A DNA stretch of 64,000 nt from Candidatus Poribacteria bacterium (GTDB taxonomy: Bacteria > Poribacteria > WGA-4E > WGA-3G), in the NCBI GenBank assembly GCA_965232545.1, contig OZ246979.1:2703521-2767520 (forward strand), read 5' to 3'. The stretch's first letter is position 1. Each line of letters begins with the position of its first letter. Positions 36,014 through 46,187 of this stretch are shown here, one piece after another. The position numbers and the translations under genes were made by a program. The notes below the pieces were generated by a model. That model was not told where the DNA came from. It saw only the letters and a list, made by a program, of their open reading frames with translations, and searched no databases.

Positions 36014-38284
36014 ATGTTTTTGGACGACTATCTACCTTCTTCACTTTCGCTGAAATCCCGATGGATCATAGTTTCCCTAACCCTTATTACGCTGTTGCAC
36101 GCCGTTGTCACCAACGCTCACGCCGAATCCCACGATCACCAAGTTAAGGCATATCGCACCTACCAGAGTATTGAGATTGATGGTGATTTAACGGAAGAGG
36201 ATTGGAAACACGCCGAACCAATCAGCGAGTTTGTGCAAATTGAACCGTATGAAGGCGAGATCGGTTCTGAATCAATGGAAGTTAGGATCCTTTACGATAA
36301 CGAGAACATCTATTTCGGTTTTACGTGTTTCGATACAGAGATATCAAAGTTGGTTGCGAACGAGATGCGTCGTGATTCCCGCGATTTGCACGACAACGAC
36401 ACCGTGTTCCTGATATTAGATACATATAACGACAAACGGAGCGGCTTTTTCTTCCGTATGAACGCCCTCGGTGCGATACAGGACAGAGCCGTAACCAACA
36501 GCGGTGACACGTTTAATTCGGATTGGGACGCTGTCGTCGAATGCAAGTCTAAAATCAACGACACTTATTGGACTTCCGAACTGAGTATTCCATTTAGTCA
36601 ACTTCGTTTCAAGCAGAGCGATCAGATAGTATGGGGTATGAACACCGGTCGCGAACTCGCCCGAAATCAAGAAGAGATGATATGGGTCCCCGTTCCAGCG
36701 TCCTATGGCGGCAGAGCGAAATACCGAACTTCTAACTTGGGCAACCTCGTCGGACTTTCAGGTATTGCCCCCTCTCGGAACTTAGAAGTGCTTCCATACA
36801 TCCTTCCGGGCGTGACCCAAATCAATGAAGATGACGCAGGACTTGAAACAGAAGGGAAATTCAAAATTGGCTTTGATGCCAAATACGGTATTACCTCTAA
36901 TCTGACCGCAGACATCACCTACAACACGGACTTCGCGCAGGTTGAAGCCGATGAAGAACAGGTGAACCTGACCCGATTTAGTCTCTTTTTCCCTGAAAAG
37001 CGTCCCTTCTTTTTGGAAGGTGCCGGACTTTTCGATTTCGGGATACCACGGACCAGTTTTCGTCGACCGCCACCGATGCTCCTTTTCTATAGCCGCCGCA
37101 TTGGACTTGCCGAAGGAAACGCGATTCCGATTATCTTCGGTGGAAAAACGAGTGGCAAGATCGGTTCTTACGGCGTAGGGTTCCTCAATGTTTTGACGGA
37201 TGAATTCCACGATGCTGATACGGAAGATGATCCACTTGACATCCCGCGCACCAATTATTCTGTAATGCGAATCACGAAAGACATCGCCTCGGGTTCCCGC
37301 ATTGGCATGATTGCTGTCAATAAAGACGAAATTGGCGACTACAATCGCGCTGGCGGTTTCGACTTTGAATACCGACCCAACGACAGTATAGATGTGCGAG
37401 GGTTGTGGTCTCGCACGTTTGCACCGGATGCCTCTGGACGAAATAATGCATGGTATATCGGTTCCAATTGGCGAAGCAATCGTTTTCGTGTAGAGGGTTC
37501 ATATACCGACATTGATGAGGATTTCAACCCCGCAGTCGGATATGTCAGACGTACCGGCATTCGGCAATTCCGCGGTGAAATGCGATGGGTACCGATGCCC
37601 CAAAGATTCGGAATCCGACAAATTTGGACAGGTCCAGAGGTTAACTATCTTCTCAACCACGACAACGAATTGGAAGAGTGGGACATTTCTTACACGAACT
37701 GGTTTGAATTTGATTCTGGAGATTATATCCTTTTCAACGGGAGGCGCACCTTTGAACATCTAAATGATATTTTTGAGTTCAGAGATGGCGTGGAGATTCC
37801 GATAGGCGACTACCAGTCCACTTCGTATCATTTACGGGTCTCCAGTAGTGATAGCCGTCCGATCAGTACAACAATCGGTGGTGGTCTTGAAGATTTCTAC
37901 AATGGCGAAGTGCGCAGGGGGTACATACAAACCACGGTTAAACCGAACGGTCATCTTAGTGTGAGTGCTCAGTATCAACTTAATCAGGTGGTTAACCTAC
38001 CCACAGCGTATTTCACTGATGGCAACCCGCGTCCTGTTTACGTGAATCTTTTTAGAGGTAGAATTGACTATTCCTTCACTACGGGACTCTTTGCAAAACT
38101 ATTTGCACAATGGAACGCCGATACGAATGTTGTATCCACCAACTTCCTCATCAATTATATCTATCGCCCAGGCAGCGATTTCTACTTCGTTTTCAATCAA
38201 ACGTATGATACGAACGGCACCACTCGATCGCGTCTATTGGATTCGACGGTGGTTGGGAAGGTAACATACTGGTGGAACCCATAA
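36014..38284 (+). CDS. DUF5916-like secreted protein (CBM9-like N-terminal domain plus a beta-rich C-terminal domain). The start is refined to the ATG with an AAGGAGG RBS.
   Basis: Signal/TM segment, then DGDLTEEDWKHAEPISEFVQIEPYEGE...ILYDNENIYFGFTCFD, typical of the DUF5916/CBM9-like family. Confidence 0.5.
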   Translation: MFLDDYLPSSLSLKSRWIIVSLTLITLLHAVVTNAHAESHDHQVKAYRTYQSIEIDGDLTEEDWKHAEPISEFVQIEPYEGEIGSESMEVRILYDNENIYFGFTCFDTEISKLVANEMRRDSRDLHDNDTVFLILDTYNDKRSGFFFRMNALGAIQDRAVTNSGDTFNSDWDAVVECKSKINDTYWTSELSIPFSQLRFKQSDQIVWGMNTGRELARNQEEMIWVPVPASYGGRAKYRTSNLGNLVGLSGIAPSRNLEVLPYILPGVTQINEDDAGLETEGKFKIGFDAKYGITSNLTADITYNTDFAQVEADEEQVNLTRFSLFFPEKRPFFLEGAGLFDFGIPRTSFRRPPPMLLFYSRRIGLAEGNAIPIIFGGKTSGKIGSYGVGFLNVLTDEFHDADTEDDPLDIPRTNYSVMRITKDIASGSRIGMIAVNKDEIGDYNRAGGFDFEYRPNDSIDVRGLWSRTFAPDASGRNNAWYIGSNWRSNRFRVEGSYTDIDEDFNPAVGYVRRTGIRQFRGEMRWVPMPQRFGIRQIWTGPEVNYLLNHDNELEEWDISYTNWFEFDSGDYILFNGRRTFEHLNDIFEFRDGVEIPIGDYQSTSYHLRVSSSDSRPISTTIGGGLEDFYNGEVRRGYIQTTVKPNGHLSVSAQYQLNQVVNLPTAYFTDGNPRPVYVNLFRGRIDYSFTTGLFAKLFAQWNADTNVVSTNFLINYIYRPGSDFYFVFNQTYDTNGTTRSRLLDSTVVGKVTYWWNP

Positions 38285-38502
38285 TCCGAGAAACGAGACT
38301 GCCTTCATACAAAAATTGACACAAAACCGAAAATGTGTTACAATTAAAGTATGCCTACCGTAAAATAGGTTCATGAATTGGGAATAATCATTAGGTATTC
38401 TTTGTAAAACTTACTTTAGTTGACTTCTTAATATAGGAAACACGAACGAGCAGTATGCTGAGACCAAGACTATCCCTCTTTTTTTCGTAGGAGGAAACAC
38501 AG

Positions 38503-39456
38503 ATGAATAGTAGAACTTCTGGTATGCTCAGTCAGATGCAGCAGCGCCGGGCAGAGCGTAAAAAGCCGAAGCGTCTTGTCGCATTGAAAAAGGTTTCACT
38601 GGATGCCAGCCAGCAGCACAGCATTTTTACGGCACAAACGAATATACCGAAGCATCCTATCACACAAATGCACGTTGGACGGAGTTCCGCCGCGTTTGCA
38701 GTCGCAATGGTGTTTCATGGCCTTATAGCGATTATCATCGGTATCTTCTATATCGCCGATCGGATTGAACTTGAACAAGAGACGTTTGATGTGAGTATTG
38801 TCACAGAAGATGCAAAAACCAAACGTCGGTTCATACGCAGGGAAGCACCGAAATTTAATCAGACAAAACAGACCCAGCAAAAACTCGTTATCCAACGACC
38901 GGTGACGACTATCACTGACCAGCCACTATCGAATGATGCGTTTGCCATCCATCAGGGTCTTGACACTGCAGGGGACCTCACAACACCTGGCTCTGATGAG
39001 GGACCAAGACTTATAGATACCCAACGTGACTTTGTACAGCCCACAACGACGGTGGAACCCCAAACGACGGCACCGGGATTTGAGATAGAGCGTGAGGCAC
39101 CAACCCTGATGGACAAATTTGAAACGCCCGCTCCCGATGACGCCCTTGGGTTAGGTGGCGTTAATTTTGAGAGCGAACCCGGCGTCGTTAGGCCACAATA
39201 CAAGTTCAAGGTGGAACCCAAATATCCAGAAAGTGCCAAGAAAGCCGGAAAGGAAGGCGAGGTCCTCCTACAGGCAACTATTGATGAGAAGGGTATTCCG
39301 ACGGATATTGTAGCGAAAACAGATATTGGGTTTGGGTTTGAGGAAGCGGCGATTGCAGCGTTGAAGAAAACAACTTTCCGTCCTGCCACAAAAGGGGGTA
39401 ACCCGATCAGCCTTGAGGTTGAGATCCCTTACTCTTTTACGCTTAAAGACAAGTAG
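38503..39456 (+). CDS. tonB: TonB-family energy transducer (TonB C-terminal domain).
   Basis: N-terminal TM anchor, a Pro/Thr-rich spacer, and a C-terminal domain (KYPESAKKAGKEGEVLLQATIDEKG...). Confidence 0.7.
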   Translation: MNSRTSGMLSQMQQRRAERKKPKRLVALKKVSLDASQQHSIFTAQTNIPKHPITQMHVGRSSAAFAVAMVFHGLIAIIIGIFYIADRIELEQETFDVSIVTEDAKTKRRFIRREAPKFNQTKQTQQKLVIQRPVTTITDQPLSNDAFAIHQGLDTAGDLTTPGSDEGPRLIDTQRDFVQPTTTVEPQTTAPGFEIEREAPTLMDKFETPAPDDALGLGGVNFESEPGVVRPQYKFKVEPKYPESAKKAGKEGEVLLQATIDEKGIPTDIVAKTDIGFGFEEAAIAALKKTTFRPATKGGNPISLEVEIPYSFTLKDK

Positions 39457-39612
39457 TGGGTTATCTATCTTAAAAGTCTAAAGGCAGTCCTTGGGACTGC
39501 CCTGGAGCAATACGCCACATCAAAAATCCGTATCGCGTGACCGAGAATCTGCGCGGAACGCGTAGAGGTTGGGTACCCCGATCCTACAGAACACAGACTA
39601 AGATCCCATCAA

Positions 39613-40470
39613 TTAAAAGCCCATTTTTAGCAAGCCTTTTGCCGCGAAGTTACGAACTAAGTTCACAACCGAATAGCGTGCTGTGTCGGCTATTTGCGTC
39701 TGTTCAAAGGTCAATTGAGCGGCTTCCGCTTCAATGGCTTCTGCCTGTGATGCCGACATATTTTCAAAGAATCGGTCGTGTACGGCAGCCGGAGCGTTGT
39801 GTAGGGCAAGGGCTAAGGTCGGTTTGTCCAGCACTTGTAAGATTGTTCTGATCGCTTCATCCTCGAGATTCTCTAAGTCCTCAAACGTAAGCAGTCGTTC
39901 AGAGACGCTATCCACCACTCCAGGTCGCTTCTCGCCTAACGCTTCCAGCAATTCATTCTGTTCCGTTATATCCAGATATGATAACAATTTTGCCAGATTC
40001 GCTGTGCCTTCACCCAAGAAGGCGGTTTTTTGGATTGCTTCCTTAATCCGAGTGATCTGTTCATTCCAAATTTGCCGCGCGTGTTCGGACGCAACTGTTT
40101 CTGTCATCGTCACCTTCTCAGCAATACTCACCTGTTTGTCAAAAGGTAGTTGCGCAAAAAGTTTTCCCGCATGCGCGGCGAGCGCATCCCCCGTGGATTC
40201 ACTTTTCAAGTGCGTACACATAACTAAAAACACTGCCGCATCGTTATCGTCAACACTTTGGAATGCTGCCAACGCTACTTGTGGATGCGTTTCGTCAAGC
40301 AAGTCTATCAGTTCTTGCAGGGCCGCTTCATCTAAAAAAGTGGGGGCATTCTGCGAGTCTGTATCAGGAAGGGACACCGTGTACCCCCTTTTCTCCGGCG
40401 ATGACTTCACCAATGCGATAAGTGGATTCTCCAGACGCTTCAAGAGACTCCAAAGCAACATCAACGGCAT
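39613..40470 (-). CDS. FliG C-terminal-domain-like protein, an orphan with no other flagellar genes in the window.
   Basis: The C-terminal segment LTFEDLENLEDEAIRTILQVLDKPTLALALHNAPAAVHDRFFENMSASQAEAIEAEAA aligns in pattern to FliG (FEDI..LDDRSIQ..L.EVD...LALAL.GAS...R..F..NMS.RAAEMLRED.E). The 5' end overlaps purM by about 100 bp, so the true start may be internal. Confidence 0.45.
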   Translation of the reverse strand: MPLMLLWSLLKRLENPLIALVKSSPEKRGYTVSLPDTDSQNAPTFLDEAALQELIDLLDETHPQVALAAFQSVDDNDAAVFLVMCTHLKSESTGDALAAHAGKLFAQLPFDKQVSIAEKVTMTETVASEHARQIWNEQITRIKEAIQKTAFLGEGTANLAKLLSYLDITEQNELLEALGEKRPGVVDSVSERLLTFEDLENLEDEAIRTILQVLDKPTLALALHNAPAAVHDRFFENMSASQAEAIEAEAAQLTFEQTQIADTARYSVVNLVRNFAAKGLLKMGF

Positions 40471-41404
40471 CAGGCGCGACTATCACTACCATCCCAACCC
40501 CCATATTGAAAACTCTGTACATTTCTGCCGCTTCAACGTCCCCTTTCGCCTGCAAAAACGAGAAAATAGGTAGAATCTCCCATGTGCCGTTCCGAATATA
40601 AGCAGTACATCCATCTGGGAGAATTCGCGCGACATTTGCTGGTAGACCGCCTCCGGTGATATGGGCAAGCCCTTTAATGTCGCATACTTTACGAAGGGAT
40701 AGAATAGAATTCACGTAACTTTTGTGGCAGGCAAGCAATGCTTCGCCGACTGTTTTAGAGAGTTCAGGCAGATAGGTGTCTACGTCGTAACCGCATCTGT
40801 CAAACAGAATATGCCGAGCTAATGTAAAGCCGTTCGTATGTAAACCCGCAGCCCCTAAACCGATGAGTTGATCTCCCGGCGTAATCCTCTCTCCGGTAAT
40901 CACGTCGGTTTTTTCAACAGCACCCACAATCGTCCCCACCAAGTCGTATTCACCGAGTGTATAAATATCTGACAACTCCGCGATTTCACCACCGATTAAG
41001 GCACAACCAATCTCTCGACATCCCGACGCGAGTCCTGTTACGATATCTTCAATTACCGCAGGTGCTACCTTACTAATACCGATGTAATCTAAAAAAAAGA
41101 GGGGTTCTGCTCCCTGCACGACAATGTCGTTGCCGCAGTGTGCGACAATATCGAAACCGACCGTGTCGTGTCGCCCGACTTTAAAGGCGACCTTTAGTTT
41201 TGTGCCAACGCTATCCGTACTGGAAACAAGAATCGGTTCTTGATAGGTTTTGAGTGCAAAAAGCCCGCCGAAACTACCGACATCACTGAGCACTTCAGGT
41301 CGATAGGTGGTTCGAACAAGGCGTTTAAGCCGTGATATTGCCTCGGATTCCGCTTCAAATGAAACGCCAGCATCGGCGTACGTCGAAGGCTTTTTATCTG
41401 CCAT
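40364..41404 (-). CDS. purM: Phosphoribosylformylglycinamidine cyclo-ligase (AIR synthase).
   Basis: Full-length PurM conservation (DAGVS..., GGEIAE, GLHTNGF, HITGGGL). Confidence 0.9.
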   Translation of the reverse strand: MADKKPSTYADAGVSFEAESEAISRLKRLVRTTYRPEVLSDVGSFGGLFALKTYQEPILVSSTDSVGTKLKVAFKVGRHDTVGFDIVAHCGNDIVVQGAEPLFFLDYIGISKVAPAVIEDIVTGLASGCREIGCALIGGEIAELSDIYTLGEYDLVGTIVGAVEKTDVITGERITPGDQLIGLGAAGLHTNGFTLARHILFDRCGYDVDTYLPELSKTVGEALLACHKSYVNSILSLRKVCDIKGLAHITGGGLPANVARILPDGCTAYIRNGTWEILPIFSFLQAKGDVEAAEMYRVFNMGVGMVVIVAPDAVDVALESLEASGESTYRIGEVIAGEKGVHGVPS

Positions 41405-41735
41405 CTGATTTTTCTTGTTCCTTTAATAATTGTCTACGAAGAGGTGAAATACTTCTCTTTGGTTTTAAGAGACTCACAACTAACACGATACCACTTATGC
41501 CTAAAGCTACGAGAACACCAATCTCTTCCGCCTCGTCTGCTCTCATGTTCGGTCTCAACTTCGCAATCAAGAACGGTAGAATTCTGCTCAAAACCATGCC
41601 GAGAATTGCACACCCAAGTAGGGAGATAAGCGTATGTCGCCCTTGCGCTGTACCTATCGGACTCGGTTTTTTCGGTTTGCCACGTTGTCTATACTGCATA
41701 AAAATTTCCCTTGTGAGGCTCACTTCCAAGTCCAT
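41394..41735 (-). CDS. Small hypothetical membrane protein between purF and purM.
   Basis: Two predicted TM helices on the same strand as the flanking pur genes. No recognisable domain. Confidence 0.3.
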   Translation of the reverse strand: MDLEVSLTREIFMQYRQRGKPKKPSPIGTAQGRHTLISLLGCAILGMVLSRILPFLIAKLRPNMRADEAEEIGVLVALGISGIVLVVSLLKPKRSISPLRRQLLKEQEKSDGR

Positions 41736-41748
41736 ATTAAGACCAGAT

Positions 41749-43158
41749 TTAATCTACGATTAAGGGGAGTTGTTGTGAGGATTCTTCCACAAATGGAATC
41801 GGATATTTTCCATCGAAACAGGTCGTACAAAAATCCTGGGGTGTTTTCACTGATTGGAGCAGTCCTTCAATACTCAGGTACCCCAGACTGTCAGCACGGA
41901 TGTATTTGCGGATTTCCTCAATTGTATGTGAACTCGCAATTAACTCACCACGGGTTGGTGTGTCTACACCATAGAAGCATGCGAATTTATTCGGAGGGGA
42001 CGCAATTCGGAGATGGACAGCTGTCGCGCCGCCTTGCCGAACGATTTTGATGAGTTTCCTGCTGTTTGTCCCTCGCATAATCGAGTCATCTACAAGTACA
42101 ACCCGTTTGCCGCGCAGCACGTCACGCACTGGGTTCAATTTCACTTTCACCATCAATTCCCGGATATCCTGCGTCGGATTCATGAAAGAACGCCCGACAA
42201 AAGTGTTCCGAGACAATCCTAAATCGAAGGGGATGCCAGATTCCTCGGCGTATCCGAGAGCGGCGATTGTTGCAGAATCAGGCACTGGGATCACAACATC
42301 TGCTTTGACGGGGTGTTCGCGGGCGAGCTGCCTGCCGAATTCGCGGCGCGTGTTGTTCACACTCTGCCCAAACATCATACTATCGGGTCGCGCCAAATAG
42401 ATATATTCAAAGATGCATTGTGATAATTGTGACTGTTTTTGATGAAAACGAAATGACTCGACACCCCGATGTGTGGAGCGTGTGAATACTAATTCCCCCG
42501 GTTCCACCTCACGTATCGGTTCCGCCTCAATTACATCAAAGGCACACGTCTCCGAAGTTAACACGTACGCCTCACCGAGTTTACCGAGCCAGAGCGGTCG
42601 AAATCCGTGGGCATCGCGGGCACCTATGAGTGTGTTTTTATCCATACATACAAATGAATACGCACCCTCAATACTTCGCAGCGCGTCAATAATTCTATAT
42701 TCCAACGCCTGCTTCCGCGAGTGCGCTATCAAGTGGAAAATGACTTCAGTATCCAAACTCGTGCTAAAGATGGAACCGGCATTCTCTAAATGATTCCGAA
42801 CTTGCGGCGCATTGACGAGATTACCATTATGCCCAAGTGCAAGGGGACCTTGCTTGTAGTTCCGAACCAAAGGTTGCGCGTTTTCAAGCGTGCTTTCCCC
42901 TGCTGTTGAATACCGGTTATGTCCGATAGCGATATGCCCTTTCAGTCCCGCTAAAGCCTCAGGGGTGAAGACAGAATGAACGAGCCCCATACCGTGGTGG
43001 TATGTGAACTTCTCACCATCCGATGCGACAATACCGCTACTTTCCTGACCTCGATGCTGAAGGGCGCGTAACCCTAAATACGTCAACTCTACCGCTTTTG
43101 GATGACCGAAAACGCCGAACACACCACATTCGTCCTTTGGTTTATCATCGTATTGCAT
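41749..43158 (-). CDS. purF: Amidophosphoribosyltransferase.
   Basis: Ntn-hydrolase N-terminus with catalytic Cys right after Met (CGVFGVFGH) and a PRTase motif (VVLVDDSIMRGTNS). Confidence 0.9.
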   Translation of the reverse strand: MQYDDKPKDECGVFGVFGHPKAVELTYLGLRALQHRGQESSGIVASDGEKFTYHHGMGLVHSVFTPEALAGLKGHIAIGHNRYSTAGESTLENAQPLVRNYKQGPLALGHNGNLVNAPQVRNHLENAGSIFSTSLDTEVIFHLIAHSRKQALEYRIIDALRSIEGAYSFVCMDKNTLIGARDAHGFRPLWLGKLGEAYVLTSETCAFDVIEAEPIREVEPGELVFTRSTHRGVESFRFHQKQSQLSQCIFEYIYLARPDSMMFGQSVNNTRREFGRQLAREHPVKADVVIPVPDSATIAALGYAEESGIPFDLGLSRNTFVGRSFMNPTQDIRELMVKVKLNPVRDVLRGKRVVLVDDSIMRGTNSRKLIKIVRQGGATAVHLRIASPPNKFACFYGVDTPTRGELIASSHTIEEIRKYIRADSLGYLSIEGLLQSVKTPQDFCTTCFDGKYPIPFVEESSQQLPLIVD

Positions 43159-43230
43159 TTTGATGGGTGAAACCTCCAGCGTGCACGCTTGGATTTTCGC
43201 AATTGTTCATTAAAGATGCCTCTCCTGAAT

Positions 43231-43776
43231 TTAAGCCTGCTCTACGTGCATTTCCGTGTTTTCTACACGTGTTAACCTGTATCCTAATATTGCACCGATA
43301 GGAACAGCAAGAATGTACCAGATTTCGACTGGCAAACCGAGGTATACCCATCCACGCATCGGTAATGAGATAATATACGCAAGTGTTTTAAGAACGGGAA
43401 GGAGCAATGCCAAGATTAGATTTGGTCTGCCAAATATTTCCCACGGAACGTTAAGCAGTGCCAGCAAACCGACGACAGCAGGGGGTCCCAAAAATGCCCC
43501 CGAACAAAGTGGTTTTAGCGGAATATCGGTGCCAAATTTTTGACTCACAAAACGGATCCCCGTGCTTGCCCCTACAATCACAACCCCGTATGTGACACTC
43601 AGTGAGATAAGGAGAAATAAACCGACCCAGAAGCCGTGGTCGACTCGATTCCCAAGTAGTAACTGCCAAATAAGTTTCTCAAATATCAGCAGGCAAATCC
43701 AGCCACCTACCAGCCCGACGATACTCCCCGCAACAATTTGCCCAAATGTTAATGTAATATTATTTTTCGTTTCCAT
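43231..43776 (-). CDS. Polytopic membrane protein, possibly an ECF-transporter S-component-like protein.
   Basis: Five or six predicted TM helices in 181 aa. No soluble domain. Confidence 0.35.
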   Translation of the reverse strand: METKNNITLTFGQIVAGSIVGLVGGWICLLIFEKLIWQLLLGNRVDHGFWVGLFLLISLSVTYGVVIVGASTGIRFVSQKFGTDIPLKPLCSGAFLGPPAVVGLLALLNVPWEIFGRPNLILALLLPVLKTLAYIISLPMRGWVYLGLPVEIWYILAVPIGAILGYRLTRVENTEMHVEQA

Positions 43777-43846
43777 GCGCTCCCGACTTTCTATTTAAAA
43801 TCTTAACTCTATTGTATCACGATGCAACATTATTGTCAAAGTTATC

Positions 43847-44530
43847 TCATCTATTTTCTGTAGGGTCATTTAGGCCTTCTGTTGGAGGGAATTCCGATAG
43901 GGACGTTTCAATCCATCGCGCCCCAAGTTGAAAAAGTGAATCGTTTGCTGGTGTTTCAAAGGTAAAAACGGGTTTGCCCCACGCCAACACTATCTGCGCA
44001 AATTCCAAAATCTTACTATCCTCTGCAGCGTGGGCAATACAGATTTTGTCCGCAAGTGCCGCAACAAAGAGGTTGCGTTGGTGCGCCAATGCCGCTGTCG
44101 ATCGCTGATGGCGACTCCCAAAAATAGATAGGATTAATAGACGCTTTTCAGATAACGCATCCTTCCACGCCGATTTCAGTCTCATCTTTTCGATGCTCCG
44201 TGCCGGACTTATGAGAATCGGCTGTGAGCCACGCAGTAAAACGCGTAGGCACTCCTGCTCAACTGGAGAGTGATACCCGCCTATCGTTGGGATACCTGCT
44301 TCTCTAAATTCTTGTGCCAAGTCATGCGCTTTCAGGATAATCTCTCCCGGGCATTTACTGGAGCAGAAAAGTGCCCAGAGGTCTCCGTTCAAGGTGGCGT
44401 TTTGCCCAGGTAACAGGTCAACACTCCCGCGTGCCCAGATCGTTTCGGGTGTCTCCGTTTTTAAATACTGCCTCAATCCTGTTGGATAATTCGTGTCTTT
44501 TTGTGTGATGTGTTGGATTGCCTGCGTCAC
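43847..44530 (-). CDS. Rossmann-fold nucleotide-binding protein of the DprA/Smf/SLOG-like family.
   Basis: Pattern IGGYHSPVEQECLRVLLRG...ILISPA resembles the DprA/SLOG core. This is a weak assignment. Confidence 0.3.
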   Translation of the reverse strand: MTQAIQHITQKDTNYPTGLRQYLKTETPETIWARGSVDLLPGQNATLNGDLWALFCSSKCPGEIILKAHDLAQEFREAGIPTIGGYHSPVEQECLRVLLRGSQPILISPARSIEKMRLKSAWKDALSEKRLLILSIFGSRHQRSTAALAHQRNLFVAALADKICIAHAAEDSKILEFAQIVLAWGKPVFTFETPANDSLFQLGARWIETSLSEFPPTEGLNDPTENR

Positions 44531-44591
44531 TTACTGTTAGTATCCTTCATGTAGGTCCTACTGCTTACGTTCGCGTAGTTAATCACGCAAT

Positions 44592-44650
44592 TAATCGCTT
44601 ACCTAATCGCTTACCTAATCGTTTACCTAATCGTTTACCTTTTGTACGTA
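44592..44650. repeat. Tandem 12-bp repeat (TAATCGYTTACC) of 4-5 copies.
   Basis: aattaatcgcttacctaatcgcttacctaatcgtttacctaatcgtttacc, read directly. A related motif recurs at about 47852-47897. Confidence 0.7.
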
Positions 44651-44886
44651 CTTAGTCCCTCGTCCCTTGCCTACTACATGTAATAATCCTTTATTTGTTA
44701 GATCTTTTAGTTCCTCATAGGCGATTCGGACTGAGACATGATTAATCTCTATGTATTCCTTTCTTCGGTGGTGGCGTTTTCGCCTTGTGCAATGCGTTGT
44801 TTGATAACAGCGGTTTCCATAGTTTTTTAGGGTCCGACAATGCGGTCTTGCCTATACGCTTCCATTTCCTTTTGCAGTGTTTCGAT

Positions 44887-45255
44887 CTATTGTTGCTGTG
44901 CCTCAATTTTTTCGTCCTGTGCGCGGACATCTCTTCGTTGTAGTGCGACAAGGATCTGAGGTATCCCGATGACCACGGCAATGAAAGCTACCAAAGCGAT
45001 AACCAACATAAAAATCTGGTTCAGACGTTTGTCCATTTCTGCGATTGTGATGTTGACGGTTTTAATTTCGTTAGAGATATGATCCTTCATCCGTGTCTCG
45101 GATGCGTCAACGTATTTTTTTATCCGGGTCTCGGATGCTTCAATTTCTGCCTTGACAATTAATCGGATCTTATCAATGTCTGCTTGAGTGAGTTCACCGA
45201 ACGCTGACGTGGTAAACAGCAGAAGTGCTACGATCAAAGTCATGATTAATTTCAT
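44887..45255 (-). CDS. Small secreted or membrane-anchored coiled-coil protein (hypothetical).
   Basis: N-terminal signal peptide, an internal sequence repeat (ASETRIKKYVDASETRMKDHI) and a C-terminal TM helix. Confidence 0.35.
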   Translation of the reverse strand: MKLIMTLIVALLLFTTSAFGELTQADIDKIRLIVKAEIEASETRIKKYVDASETRMKDHISNEIKTVNITIAEMDKRLNQIFMLVIALVAFIAVVIGIPQILVALQRRDVRAQDEKIEAQQQ

Positions 45256-45270
45256 TTTCGTCTCCTTTAC

Positions 45271-45474
45271 CTATTCTTCCCCAGGATTTTCAACGGGCAT
45301 CGGTTTACTGCGTCCCTTGTATATTAACTTAACCCGTATTGTGCCAGATTGACGCGGTGGGGGCGTAACTATGACCGCGTCCACGTTAAGGATGTCCTCT
45401 TCATCATAGACGGGAAAAGCGAGGCGTTGCTTCTGTTTTTTGTTCGTTGTGTTTTTTTGTTGTATAGTTTTCAT
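45271..45474 (-). CDS. Small hypothetical protein of 67 aa.
   Basis: ORF only. It is co-directional with and just upstream of the preceding small gene. Confidence 0.2.
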   Translation of the reverse strand: MKTIQQKNTTNKKQKQRLAFPVYDEEDILNVDAVIVTPPPRQSGTIRVKLIYKGRSKPMPVENPGEE

Positions 45475-46187
45475 AGACTGTTTAAAACTCCTTCACCTAC
45501 AATTTTAACAGAAGTTGGGAATACGTGCAACCGTATTACACAGCAGTCCCGTAAAGGAAATAGTGCGCGTTTCAGAGTATTCAGAGTAAATGGAAAAATA
45601 ATAGGTTTCAGGAAAAGTCCGTGAACCCATACTGGGACTGGATTCTCAGTGGTTTTTTCAGGAGGTTTCTCAGAAGTTTACTCTGAAATTTCAGAGGTGG
45701 GAGGAAGGCTTCGGTTTATACTGTCTGAATCAGGATTTTCAAGATTATAGGATTTTCAGGATAGGAAGAGAACAACGTTCTTCAGTCTACTGAAGGAAGA
45801 TGTTTTCTGTGATAGGTTTTCAGTCCGATTCACGGAGACTTTTCTGAGAGCAGATGGTCCGTGGGTTCGTGGAACGCAATATGTCCTCTCTCCGTGAAAA
45901 CACGAAATGAAAAATTATATTTAACGAAATGTTTCGCGTAGACCCTCCAGATGAATTAGCAATCAACGGAGGGTAGGCGCGGGATTGTTCGACGTTTTGA
46001 CGGAGGGCGGAGCCAATCCCAGAGCATAATTGTCTGAATCAAAATTTTCAGGATTTTAGGATAAACAAGATAATGCGAAGCGCGCTAAATCTCCTGTCGT
46101 CAAACTTTTGGTGAGTGGGAAGCATGATTTCTCAACCAGTTTAGTCCGTTTCTGTATCATTCTGAAAACGACTACGGATAAACTCTG

